From the IMG/VR virus record IMGVR_UViG_3300037882_003354, positions 186,001 through 250,000 of that record: 64,000 nucleotides of DNA; one strand, 5' to 3'. The position numbers and the translations under genes are program-made. A model generated the notes under the pieces. That model searched no databases. It was not told the origin of the DNA and saw nothing but the letters and a program-made list of their open reading frames with translations. Positions 46,601-55,492 of the stretch are shown one piece after another. The first letter of the stretch is position 1, and each line of letters starts with the position of its first letter.

Positions 46601-49600
46601 TAACCAAGGGCGACATCGTATCCATAATTGAATATACGGATCAAATTGACGGGGTCTACCTAGTGCAATCAGTGCTGGATCTAAATCGATTTGTAGTAGC
46701 CAGTGAGGTGATAGCCATTGATAATGAAACATCGTCTGGTCCTGGATTATTGTTTAAATTTTCGAGTTTTAGGTTTAACAATTATGATGCATTTCCGTCG
46801 GATCAAGATTTAATTAAATTGCCCAAGGGAACCAAGATCTGGGTAGACGATGCTGGATCCGGTAAATGGGCGGTGTATCAAAAAATCAACAATTATCTCC
46901 CGGTGTCTAAAATAAGTCCCAATGCATTGGCCACGCAACAACTTGGTCGATCCATCAGCAAACGCCGCGGGTCCCAGGTGTTTGCAGTCGGAGCCCCGGC
47001 CTATCGCAATGTGGACGCTGACGAATATGGTGCCGTCTATGTGTACCGAAAAAATGAACGTTCGATTGAAAATTTGTTCAGTTATTCTTTGAAATATTCT
47101 TTGAACAGGAGATATACCGAAACACCTGGTCCAACGGATCTAGGGTATTCAGTAGTATACGATGACCTGGGGTTCAGCAGCCTGGATGCCCCCAATGGTT
47201 ATGGATTGATATTTGCTGGCGCACCGGCGGCCAGTCATGTGATATCCGACACCGTGGGCACTGATGTCATGCGACAATCCACTGGAACCGGGACAGCATC
47301 GTCCTTTGTCCAGGAGGGGCTGGTTAAAATCAGTAGTGTGAACGACATATTGATTGCTGAACAAGAAGAGTTTGTTTTATTGAGCCCCAAGCCCAGCAAT
47401 CATGAGCGTTTTGGATCTTCGTTATATGTCCAGCGCAACTCCCTTGCAAAATTGCTGATAGTTGGTGCCACACAAACATCAAATACTGGCACTGGTGATA
47501 TATTTTACGGACCCGGGCATGTTTATGCATTCACTGTAACAGCATCGTCGGCCTCCACATCAGCCACATTGGGTGTAACCTACATCAAGGAGTTGACCAC
47601 ATCATCAATAACCAATGCCAATACCGGCAGCCAGTGGGGACACTCGGTCAGTGGTTCAGATCGTGCAGGCGTGGTTGCAGTCAGCGCACCAGGCTGGCCA
47701 AGTACTGACATTGGTACTGGTGTGGTGGTTGTTTTCTCAGGAACCAACTACCTACAAACAATTAATTCTCCTTACGAGCCTGGATCCAGGTTCGGGGAAA
47801 AAGTTGTAGTATCGCCTGATGGTGGATACCTGTTTATTTCAGCACCACTGGCCAGAGGTATTGACCAATCTTATGGAAAGGTTGCTGTGTATACAGCAAC
47901 CAATGGCGTCTTTATAAGAGACAGTTCGCTAGAAATATTAAATCCCATACCTAACGTGGGCATGCAATTTGGTAAAGACATGGATGTCAGTGAAGACAAC
48001 CGGACACTGATAATATCGGCATTGGGTACCAATAAATCACTAGACACAACATTTGATGTTAGTCAATCAAATAATATCGCGTCTTTGGCAGACTCTACTA
48101 CTTTTGATACCAATGTCACGCAGTTTTATGGAAGTATTAAAAATTCCGGATCAGTATATCTGTATAATAGGCGTCAAAATAGGTTTGTATTTGCACAAGA
48201 CCTATCTCCGGTGTCATTATTACCAGGCACTGATTACGGGCATAGTATTATGCTGGATAGTGATGCCATCTATGTGGGTGCACCTGCGTACAACGGCACT
48301 ACCACAAGCACTATTACCACAAGTTCTTTCTATCAATTTTATAAAATAGAAAATGCCACCAACGGTTGGCAAGAGTTGAGAACGCAAGAAGATCTAGTGG
48401 CAATTGATAATATTCAGCAGGTCAGAATAATAGACAATTTTAAAGAAGAAATACTTGATTATCTGGATGTAATTGATCCACTCAAGGGCCGGATTGCTGG
48501 TATTGCAGATCAAGAATTAAAATACAAATCTGCATTTGATCCGGCGGTCTATTCCATAGGGGTAGCAGGCACCGTCAACGATGTCAACACAAATTGGTTG
48601 GATGAACATGTGGGCGAGTTGTGGTGGGATTTAAGTTCTGTCAAATACCAGTGGTATGAGCAAGGTGACGCCATATTTAGAAAAAACAACTGGGGCAAGT
48701 TGTTCCCAGGTGCAAGTATTGACGTTTATGAATGGGTGGGTTCTGATTTATTACCTGCAGATTGGAGCGCCCAGGCCGATACTCCCACGGGACTCACCCG
48801 TGGCATCAGCGGTCAGCCAAAATTTGCCGATAATTCAGTGATTTCTGTAAAACAAATCTACAATTCAGTCAGTAATTCTTTTAGTAATTACTATTACTTC
48901 TGGGTTAAAAACAAAATCACTGTGCCTACAGCAAAAAATAGACGAATTAGTTCGTTCCAAGTGGCTTCTTTAATTGCAGATCCCACTGCATATGGTCTGC
49001 CACACGTGGCCGTGATTTCCAGTGACAGTGTGGCCCTGGCCAATGTAGGTGCAGTATTGGTGGACAATCGCATGCATCTTAATGTTGCATCAGACATCAT
49101 TAACAGCGACATACCCAGGCATACTGAATGGTTGTTGTTGAAAGAGGGCTCGCCGGTCAGTGTGGCCCCTGCCTTGCTGGAAAAGAAATTGTTGGACAGT
49201 CTGCTGGGCCATGATGTCTTGGGAAATCTAGTGCCCAGTCCTGAGTTGACGTCACGCACCCGATACGGTATAGGTATCCGTCCTCAACAAACGCTGTTTA
49301 AAGATCGATTCCAGGCGTTGCGCAATCTAATTGAGTTTTCCAACGGGATCCTTAAATCCAACAGAATCACTGGAAACTATAGTTTTAAAAATTTAAATCA
49401 ACAGGAACAAATTCCCGATCAATACAGTCGTGCATACGATGTCATAGTGGAAGACAACGAAGGTCTGCTGACCATTGATACCTACCGCTTGAAGACGGCC
49501 AAGTTAAGTTGCACAGTGAGTAATGGAAAGATACGAAGTGTATCCATAGAAGATCCAGGCTTTGGGTATGTGACACCCCCGGCTGTAACCGTGGTTGATG

Positions 49601-52600
49601 ACAGCACCGGTGCACTCATAACAACTGAAATTGATTCATTGGGCAGGGTTACATCAGCTAGTATTACTGATGCGGGTGGAAATTTTATAACAGCTCCTGC
49701 ACTGGTGGTCAGACCTTATACGGTCATGGTGTTATCTGACTCTATCTACAAAGGCAAATGGACTCAGTTTATATTTGATTCAAATTCAGCACAGTGGATT
49801 AGATTGCGCACACAGCAATATAATACTCCTGCTTATTGGTACTATATTGATTGGTCCAGTGCTGACTATAATACGTTTATAGATTATACAGTCACTGTCA
49901 ATGATGTATTTGAGCTTAATAAACTATCGCTTGCTCTGGGTCAATACGTAAAAGTTAAAAATGGCGGGCTGGGCTATTACATAATATTAAACAGGGTTAA
50001 ATCCAACGGAAATTTTAGCGACCAATATGACATTGTGTTTGCTGAAAAAGGAACCATACAAATTTCGGACAGCATTTGGGATACAAAGAATTCCACATTT
50101 AATTTTGACCAGGGAAATTTATATGATCAAACATTGTACGATCAAGGTCCTGATTTGGAATTAAAATTTATACTGTCAGCATTAAAGAACGATCTGTTTG
50201 TGCGTGACCTCAAGATTAATTGGAACTTATTCTTTTTCAAAGCAGTAAAATATGCGTTGACTGAACAAAAATTGTTAGACTGGGCATTCAAAACCAGTTT
50301 TATCAGTGTTACAAACAATGCAGGTACTCTTGATCAGCGACCAGTGTATAAATTGACCGACAGTGTATATTTTGAGCAATACCTGGAAGAGGTCAAACCT
50401 TACCATTCAATCATCAGAGACTTTACCACCAATTACGGTGTGATTGACCCCACTCAAACACATACTACAGATTTTGACATTGCGTCCACATATGAAAAAG
50501 ATACTGATCAATTTATTTCGGTAGACACCAGCGATACCTCCACGGTATTGTTAAACACTTATCCGTGGAAATCATGGACAGACAACTACAAATTTGGCAT
50601 CGGCAGCATATCTGTAGGGCGTGGGGGCTCGGGTTATACCACACCGCCACAGGTGATCGTACAGGCTGCTGACGGTGATTCTGGGCAAGGTGCCACCGCA
50701 CGTGCCTACATTAGATCTGGTGCAGTCAGCGATATTGAGGTGACCAATCCTGGACAGGGCTATTTGGTGAGCCCCAGCGTGGAGTTGATTGGTGGCGGAG
50801 ACACCGCATTGACTCCGGCAATTGCCTATGCTCGCCTGTCCAATCAAAAGGTTCGCTCCAACACCATTGGAATGAAATTTGACAGAATATCACCAGTCAA
50901 CCAAATAGGCGACAAGGCAATCACTGATCGATTTTTTGGTAATAGTGTTACGGCGGAGTTCACACTCACCTGGTTGGCACAACCAGACAGGTCTAAAATT
51001 TCAGTCGCTCTTAACGGATCAATTTTACTTATTTCTGATTATACCATCGAGTATTACACTGCTTTGTATAATGGTTATAATAAAAAATACAGCAGGATAG
51101 TTTTCTTAAATTATATACCCACAGTTGGGCAGATCGTTGAGGTTGAATACGAAAAGCATATTGTATTGCAAACAGCAGTTGATCGAATTCAAAATTACTA
51201 TGCGCCAATATCCGGCATGCCGGGTCTGGATTTGCCACAATTGATGACCGGTATAGAATACCCCAAAACGTCCATCGACTCGTTGCCTTTTGATTATTCC
51301 ACTGCCTGGGACAAATCCCAGACACCATTCGGTGTGTCATCGTGGGCAGACGACATTGGATATTATACCAAGGCCAAGATTGTTGCAACTGCACACACTG
51401 GTACCGACACACTGGTGCTTAATTCGGTAAGTGGAATAGCAGTGGGTCAGTTTGCCAACATCACCAGCGATGTGGTGTCTAAATTTAGCGATCAAATGGC
51501 CACTGTGACGGCTGTCAACGTAGCAAGGTCATCTGTGCGATTCAGTTCAACAATAACCGGTGTGGTCTCTGCTAATACTCTGACACATCAAATAGAATTT
51601 TGGAGTTACGATGCGAACTCCAATCTACTTGATACTGTTATTGATGGTGGAACCTGGACATCTTTGACCAGCATTGGTGCACTGGGAATAAATCCAGAAG
51701 ATATTATCCTTGACGGTGATAATTTCTACAGTCCTGACACCAGCCATGCACCTGAAGAGATGGTGCCAGGACAGGTGACAGAAAGTCTGGGCATCAATGT
51801 CTATACTAAAAACTCTGTCGGTGCTCCTGTGATTTTCGCCAGTAGTTTTGACGTATATGCCAGCAATACCACCACTGTGCACACGTTGAGCATCGTTCCT
51901 CCCAATGTGAACAGCATTGTGGTGGTGTTTGATAACGTCATGTTTGATTATGTTGAGTATTCAGACACTGTGATTTTTGAGACCAACGCACAATTCACCA
52001 TCAATTGGGCCACTAACGAGATCATCATACCACCGCAGTCAGTGTCTGGAAAGTTGGGTTACACCATTGTCAGCATAGGTGGTGGTATAGAAGCCAATCC
52101 GGGAGTCATTGATGTCACATATTTGACCACTGACCGGTCAACTGCGCAATTGCAGAGTCTGTCGGCATATACCACAGTCCGTGGTGCCTACGTCACAGTC
52201 AATGGACGCAGCATACCGGCGGCCACCACCTCCACTGATTACGTTAGTTATGTATTGACCTATGTGGGCGATAATAACAAACGCGCAGCAGTTGATGTGC
52301 AAAATCTGCCGGATGGTACTAACACCATACAGGCCTGGTTTTTTGGCACCACGTACAGTTATTATAATGAAATCACGGAACAAGTTTTTTCAATAACTTC
52401 GAACGACCAAACAGTGCAAAGTCTCCTGCATCCGCCAGGTAATTTAGAACCCGCGGATGCTCAGGTCATTGTGGAAATAAAAGATCAGCAGGGCCGTCGC
52501 AGGTTGACGCCACCGTTTGTCAGCTATTACTCAATACTGAACATCAACAACACAACTTTCAAGATTAACAATCGAAAAATTCGCTCACCAGGCACATACT

Positions 52601-54420
52601 CCATAAATGCAGGAAATGCACGGGTATACGTGAACGGCATTAAGTTGAGGCCAGGTTTTGATTATTCTGTCAACGCCGATAACACAGTGACATTGACTGC
52701 CAGTTCTATCAGGGTCAACGACGTTGTTGCCATTGTTGACCTTGGTGTACTTGATTATGACTATGACATCCAAGGTTCTGTACTAACACTAACTGCTGCA
52801 CCTGTGGGTAGCGAGATCAAAGTTGTGACCTTCACTGACCACGATGGCATGCTGATGCAGACCGAGCGGTTTGATGGAACTCCCACCAAGAGATACAAAC
52901 TCAACAGAGCCGTTCTTGACGACAATTATATATGGGTGCAGGTCAACGGGGTTCCCTTGACCAGCCGATTGGATTTTGTCATGTTAGATGATCAGGTGAC
53001 TGTGCAAATCAGTGATTCATATCACCATGTGTCCACTGACGTGGTCATTATAACCAGTGTCAGCAGCCAGAAACTGGCAGTGACCATACTTGGTTATAGA
53101 ATCTTTATGGACATGTTTAATCGTACACATTTCAAGAGATTGTCCAAGCAAAACACCACATACTTGACACATCCATTGGCAGTCATAGACACTGAAATTT
53201 ACGTGGCAGATGCCAAGGTTCTCACTCCACCACTGCCCTCTAAGAAGATACCTGGAGTGATTCTTGTCGATGGTGAACGAATCGAATTCTTCAAGATCAC
53301 TAACAATGTATTGAGTCAATTGCGCAGGGGCACGCTGGGCACCTCTCCAGCTGAATACTCGGATCTGTATACCAAGGTCATTGATCAGAGTCCTGATCAA
53401 ACTATACCTTATGCAGAAAACATTTTACGCCAAGCGCATACCACCACTGCTGGGACCGACACTTATCTGATCAGTACAGTGACCACCAGTACAGGTGGTG
53501 ATGGTATTATATTGACCACTAATGTCACGGCTGCTACTCCCACTGAGCAACTGATCCCCAATGCATTGTCACAGCCCACACTGATTCCTATGATTGATCA
53601 GGTGTCAGTATACTATGGCGGTCGCCTGTTGCGGAAGACTGGTGCATATTATCATGATACTACCGTGGCCTATGACAGTCCTGAAATCAACCTGGTGGGT
53701 ACCACTTCCACCAGTCTCATGTTGCCAGAGATATCGTTACCAAAAGATGCCTACGTCACACTGGATACAAACAAAGTTTGGGTACGCACTGATTCAAACC
53801 AATTGGACGCAGTCAACGGGTATGTGTACAATGGATTACATTATGCACCACCAGAGTTTGCCATCAATATCGTTCCGGAAGTTGCTGTGCCGGTTAGCAG
53901 TCTAATCACCGGAGGTACGGGTCCCTATGCTAATACCACAGGATTTATAATACCATTAACGCCCGCCAATGTTACAATACAAGAGGGCTGGCTTTGTTCG
54001 GTTCCGGGATATAGTACCCCGTTTGTTGTCACTCAGGTGACGCAGGGGCCCTTTCTTACTTACGGCATAGGCATAAGTATACTTTTTAATGGTGGTGTTA
54101 ATTTTACTCTTGCTTTCCCTCTTAAATTTTATACACCACTTGAACAGAGATTGACGTTAAATATTGCAGGTGGTGTGGGAGATGGCATTCAATTGATCAT
54201 TGTTAAGAAACAATTTGATAGAGATACGGAATGGAATGATGCCGTCACTGATAATTCCACCCTGTCATTGATGCAGAGTACCACGGCTCCTGCAGTATTT
54301 TTGCAGAGAAGACCTGCTGAACTACCAGACAAGTATTATTATGGTGGTGATGCCACACTGACTGACGGTGGCGGATTTGCCCTGACTGACAACAATAACG
54401 AAACCATCCAAGGATATTAA
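40621..54420 (+). CDS. Giant baseplate wedge / structural protein (4599 aa, gp7-like position)
   Basis: Uninterrupted ORF after gp6. N-terminal LLPEFLRSEKNSKFL, FG-GAP-like propeller repeats, GxGY repeats and EVKPYHS. Confidence 0.75.
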   Translation: MATKIIKSINLLPEFLRSEKNSKFLSSTIDQLIQPPQLERIDGYIGSKLTPTYNSTSDVYIPESLPLRRDYQLDPALVINDAAETPRDVIALDDLINEIKTKGGINNNLDRMFRSEFYSYDPHIDWDKLINYAQYYWLPVGPDIITITGQQSNSTSTYVVRDNPQDSAFIFNPNGLIEDPLITLYNGSTYRFEISSKHKFYIKTAPSEGSDDLYNFGVTNNGTSSGIITLVVNQYTPMTLYYVAGDQKFAAGEFVIKDITQDSAVDVDAEIVGKKNYISGTGIALTNGMKIKFGGDVSPVYYQNKEFFVEGVGRAITLIDYTTLNTPDRIASIFDEDFDANPFDEYPFDNFKNLPLAPEYMTVNRGSRDLNPWTRYNRWVHRDVIELSAKFNGREPVFPQKLRAKRPIIEFKANLALYNFGTQAIGSVDLIDTETKDAFSTVSGSAGYHVDGVLLQQGHRVIFNADSDADVRGRVYQVNYATYNKKLTLELKIVSDTVPAAFSSTVINTGDTYAGTNWWYDGSVWRYAQQHTSLNQPPLFDLFDNQGYSYSDPDEYLTNFSGNKIFSYEVGTGATDAVLGIPLKYRNSVGVGSYLFKNYFMTESISITENQTDYTIPTSMAYCKFANAAGDVYKNVWAPAEEYQIPILQFQALESSTASVAVTCIDAPSTTNMTVDVYVDDNKLPTSQYTTSVVAGTYLVNFTTLIPTGSRVLFKIYSDKIPNDRGYYETPISLTNNPLNGVIESMTLSDLGDHLHTMVNRTPSFSGQVLGSNNLRDLSDIEKYGYRLVSNANPMPFAQMFIGKKEHSAVDAIVKAGDQYNQFKMILLKQISLLSEQVNPVDALDIAMKEINKDKDLRTPYYLSDMIAYGSDKTVRTWRVANSRIKQYSLSSSFDPSVLGMRSVLVYLNGEQLLLNQDYSFDTVDSLVTLLVDLKVGDQLTVNDYYSTIGCYVPPTPTKLGLYPKYSPSKFLDNTYAKEPINVIQGHDGSIMVAYNDFRDDILIEFEKRVYNNIKAEYRRELFDINTVMPGSFRPTAYTLSEITHVLQSDFIKWVGFYGIDYTTNAVDLDNPFTWNYSGAYCAALAQPVSGYWRAVYKKFYDTDRPHTNPWEMLGFSEQPDWWETWYGPAPYTSGNKILWNDIESGTIRQGVNSGTNLTYARAGLSLIIPVDQYGNLLSPDVLLGGAGGNRDKIANVTPYNLRQSWKFGDQSPAETAWRRSSYWPFAVQRLLALLNPAVYASLMYDVSRMTKNIAGQWTYGNQQEFLKINKVIVSDDSARLSAGYGEYVREIGKQRSSNYVQELMQDLEYANLNLFYKVGGFVSKDKIRLVIDSVDPNSPSPGALLPPEDYKLILNVSNPIQSIGISGVIVQKIDGKFLVKGYDRYKPYFSVYVPTRNSNTPTITVGGVSESYVSWDNTSNDGGNGLSATDTTSATAAATGHFYQKGQIVLYGANFYRVTVSHQAESAFNPAYYQRLATVPTRGGATVQMAASFSSTVNEIPYGTEFDTIQQVYDLLVGYGAWLTDQGFVFDEYSTDFNSTIDWNFSAKEFLYWSTQNWANNSVITLSPFSNRIKYSLPNSVVDDVFSSFYEYSILQANGVSLPKQNIDVDRNDGVCTISTNDANSGMYFAVINSVQKEHAMVFNNATMFNDTVYSIETGYRQKRMLMSGFRTANWDGDYFSPGFVYDTATISTWEPYTGYQPGSVVRYKNGNYYSAIGKLTGSKTFDFTNWVLLGSKPIAGLLPNFDYKINQFEDFYSLDTDNFDSAQQKMAQHLIGFTPRNYLTNVFTDPIAQYKFYQGFIKEKGTRNAVSKLSKASVRNLQGEMTYTEEWAFRIGQYGSYQTYQELEVPLTEGKFIENPQVVSFVDNIPSVANDLIYYSTATDRIIAPNDYVPARSFALNPGSYQDNDFQLTTAGYARTDDVFATAYNENSLLDIANSRALDDGDVIWLGFKKNGDWDVLRYTKSKSRVLEVSASLPGSELTVTTDLYHGLTKGDIVSIIEYTDQIDGVYLVQSVLDLNRFVVASEVIAIDNETSSGPGLLFKFSSFRFNNYDAFPSDQDLIKLPKGTKIWVDDAGSGKWAVYQKINNYLPVSKISPNALATQQLGRSISKRRGSQVFAVGAPAYRNVDADEYGAVYVYRKNERSIENLFSYSLKYSLNRRYTETPGPTDLGYSVVYDDLGFSSLDAPNGYGLIFAGAPAASHVISDTVGTDVMRQSTGTGTASSFVQEGLVKISSVNDILIAEQEEFVLLSPKPSNHERFGSSLYVQRNSLAKLLIVGATQTSNTGTGDIFYGPGHVYAFTVTASSASTSATLGVTYIKELTTSSITNANTGSQWGHSVSGSDRAGVVAVSAPGWPSTDIGTGVVVVFSGTNYLQTINSPYEPGSRFGEKVVVSPDGGYLFISAPLARGIDQSYGKVAVYTATNGVFIRDSSLEILNPIPNVGMQFGKDMDVSEDNRTLIISALGTNKSLDTTFDVSQSNNIASLADSTTFDTNVTQFYGSIKNSGSVYLYNRRQNRFVFAQDLSPVSLLPGTDYGHSIMLDSDAIYVGAPAYNGTTTSTITTSSFYQFYKIENATNGWQELRTQEDLVAIDNIQQVRIIDNFKEEILDYLDVIDPLKGRIAGIADQELKYKSAFDPAVYSIGVAGTVNDVNTNWLDEHVGELWWDLSSVKYQWYEQGDAIFRKNNWGKLFPGASIDVYEWVGSDLLPADWSAQADTPTGLTRGISGQPKFADNSVISVKQIYNSVSNSFSNYYYFWVKNKITVPTAKNRRISSFQVASLIADPTAYGLPHVAVISSDSVALANVGAVLVDNRMHLNVASDIINSDIPRHTEWLLLKEGSPVSVAPALLEKKLLDSLLGHDVLGNLVPSPELTSRTRYGIGIRPQQTLFKDRFQALRNLIEFSNGILKSNRITGNYSFKNLNQQEQIPDQYSRAYDVIVEDNEGLLTIDTYRLKTAKLSCTVSNGKIRSVSIEDPGFGYVTPPAVTVVDDSTGALITTEIDSLGRVTSASITDAGGNFITAPALVVRPYTVMVLSDSIYKGKWTQFIFDSNSAQWIRLRTQQYNTPAYWYYIDWSSADYNTFIDYTVTVNDVFELNKLSLALGQYVKVKNGGLGYYIILNRVKSNGNFSDQYDIVFAEKGTIQISDSIWDTKNSTFNFDQGNLYDQTLYDQGPDLELKFILSALKNDLFVRDLKINWNLFFFKAVKYALTEQKLLDWAFKTSFISVTNNAGTLDQRPVYKLTDSVYFEQYLEEVKPYHSIIRDFTTNYGVIDPTQTHTTDFDIASTYEKDTDQFISVDTSDTSTVLLNTYPWKSWTDNYKFGIGSISVGRGGSGYTTPPQVIVQAADGDSGQGATARAYIRSGAVSDIEVTNPGQGYLVSPSVELIGGGDTALTPAIAYARLSNQKVRSNTIGMKFDRISPVNQIGDKAITDRFFGNSVTAEFTLTWLAQPDRSKISVALNGSILLISDYTIEYYTALYNGYNKKYSRIVFLNYIPTVGQIVEVEYEKHIVLQTAVDRIQNYYAPISGMPGLDLPQLMTGIEYPKTSIDSLPFDYSTAWDKSQTPFGVSSWADDIGYYTKAKIVATAHTGTDTLVLNSVSGIAVGQFANITSDVVSKFSDQMATVTAVNVARSSVRFSSTITGVVSANTLTHQIEFWSYDANSNLLDTVIDGGTWTSLTSIGALGINPEDIILDGDNFYSPDTSHAPEEMVPGQVTESLGINVYTKNSVGAPVIFASSFDVYASNTTTVHTLSIVPPNVNSIVVVFDNVMFDYVEYSDTVIFETNAQFTINWATNEIIIPPQSVSGKLGYTIVSIGGGIEANPGVIDVTYLTTDRSTAQLQSLSAYTTVRGAYVTVNGRSIPAATTSTDYVSYVLTYVGDNNKRAAVDVQNLPDGTNTIQAWFFGTTYSYYNEITEQVFSITSNDQTVQSLLHPPGNLEPADAQVIVEIKDQQGRRRLTPPFVSYYSILNINNTTFKINNRKIRSPGTYSINAGNARVYVNGIKLRPGFDYSVNADNTVTLTASSIRVNDVVAIVDLGVLDYDYDIQGSVLTLTAAPVGSEIKVVTFTDHDGMLMQTERFDGTPTKRYKLNRAVLDDNYIWVQVNGVPLTSRLDFVMLDDQVTVQISDSYHHVSTDVVIITSVSSQKLAVTILGYRIFMDMFNRTHFKRLSKQNTTYLTHPLAVIDTEIYVADAKVLTPPLPSKKIPGVILVDGERIEFFKITNNVLSQLRRGTLGTSPAEYSDLYTKVIDQSPDQTIPYAENILRQAHTTTAGTDTYLISTVTTSTGGDGIILTTNVTAATPTEQLIPNALSQPTLIPMIDQVSVYYGGRLLRKTGAYYHDTTVAYDSPEINLVGTTSTSLMLPEISLPKDAYVTLDTNKVWVRTDSNQLDAVNGYVYNGLHYAPPEFAINIVPEVAVPVSSLITGGTGPYANTTGFIIPLTPANVTIQEGWLCSVPGYSTPFVVTQVTQGPFLTYGIGISILFNGGVNFTLAFPLKFYTPLEQRLTLNIAGGVGDGIQLIIVKKQFDRDTEWNDAVTDNSTLSLMQSTTAPAVFLQRRPAELPDKYYYGGDATLTDGGGFALTDNNNETIQGY

Positions 54421-54421
54421 T

Positions 54422-55492
54422 ATGCCAAATGTAACCCAACTGCCAATAATTAACACAGCCACATCACAAACATTCTTCATGGTTGTTGATAACAGGCTGA
54501 CCAAACGATTGAATTTCCAGTCATTGCCCAGCAGCTTTGTTGGATATGTGGGATCGCGCGGCGCCGTGGGCCCAATCGGACCACTGGGAAATACTGGACC
54601 TTCAGGGCCACAGGGGCTGACTGGCTCAGTGGGCCCGCAGGGGCCCAGGGGTGAGGTGGGGTATTCAGGCAGTCTGGGGGATTTGGGTTACACGGGCAGT
54701 ATTGGCATAGGATACGCTGGATCTTTCGGCCTGCAGGGGTATCCTGGTGAAATCGGGGTCACGGGGTATGTGGGTAGCATTGGCTATACGGGCTCAATAG
54801 GCCCAGTGGGCCCAGCAGGTGGATACACCGGCAGTCAGGGTGATCCCGGACCCATTGGTTCTCGCGGGGATCCGGGCGGATATACTGGCAGTCAAGGTGA
54901 CATTGGATATTCCGGCAGTGCATCTCGTGATGGATATGCAGGATCTGCGGGCTACGCAGGATCTCAGGGATTCATTGGCTATGCTGGATCACGCGGTGGC
55001 GAGGGACTGCCGGGATATGCTGGAAGTGCCGTGTCAGGACCACGCGGATACACAGGCAGCATGGTGGTGGGATACGCTGGTTCAGCAGCCAGCAGCGGAG
55101 GAATTGGCCTAAACAGTCGGACAACAGCCAGCGTGACCACAGCCTTGATTGCTAATGGCGTCACCACGCAGATAACTTTGTCTGGCTATAAGACCTACAT
55201 GTTGAGCAAGGTGGTCACCTCTGATGCATCATGGATCAGGATATATACTGATCCGTCCAATCGAGCCTCTGACCTAGTGCGTTTGATTGGAAATGACCCT
55301 GTGCCAGGCAGCGGAGTCATTGCCGAGGTGGTTACTACTCCGGCACTGCTAACTCAAATGATCACGCCTGGTGTGATTGGATTCAATGGTGAAACTCCTG
55401 CAAATAATAGTATCTTTTTAAATGTCACCAACAATAGCGGTAGCACACGAGCAATCACAGTGACATTGACTTTACTTCAACTGGAAGCATGA
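54422..55492 (+). CDS. Collagen-like (Gly-X-Y) fibre protein
   Basis: Interrupted Gly-X-Y tract (about 54540-55095) built largely from GY(T/A/S)GSxG units, followed by a C-terminal globular domain. Confidence 0.85.
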   Translation: MPNVTQLPIINTATSQTFFMVVDNRLTKRLNFQSLPSSFVGYVGSRGAVGPIGPLGNTGPSGPQGLTGSVGPQGPRGEVGYSGSLGDLGYTGSIGIGYAGSFGLQGYPGEIGVTGYVGSIGYTGSIGPVGPAGGYTGSQGDPGPIGSRGDPGGYTGSQGDIGYSGSASRDGYAGSAGYAGSQGFIGYAGSRGGEGLPGYAGSAVSGPRGYTGSMVVGYAGSAASSGGIGLNSRTTASVTTALIANGVTTQITLSGYKTYMLSKVVTSDASWIRIYTDPSNRASDLVRLIGNDPVPGSGVIAEVVTTPALLTQMITPGVIGFNGETPANNSIFLNVTNNSGSTRAITVTLTLLQLEA

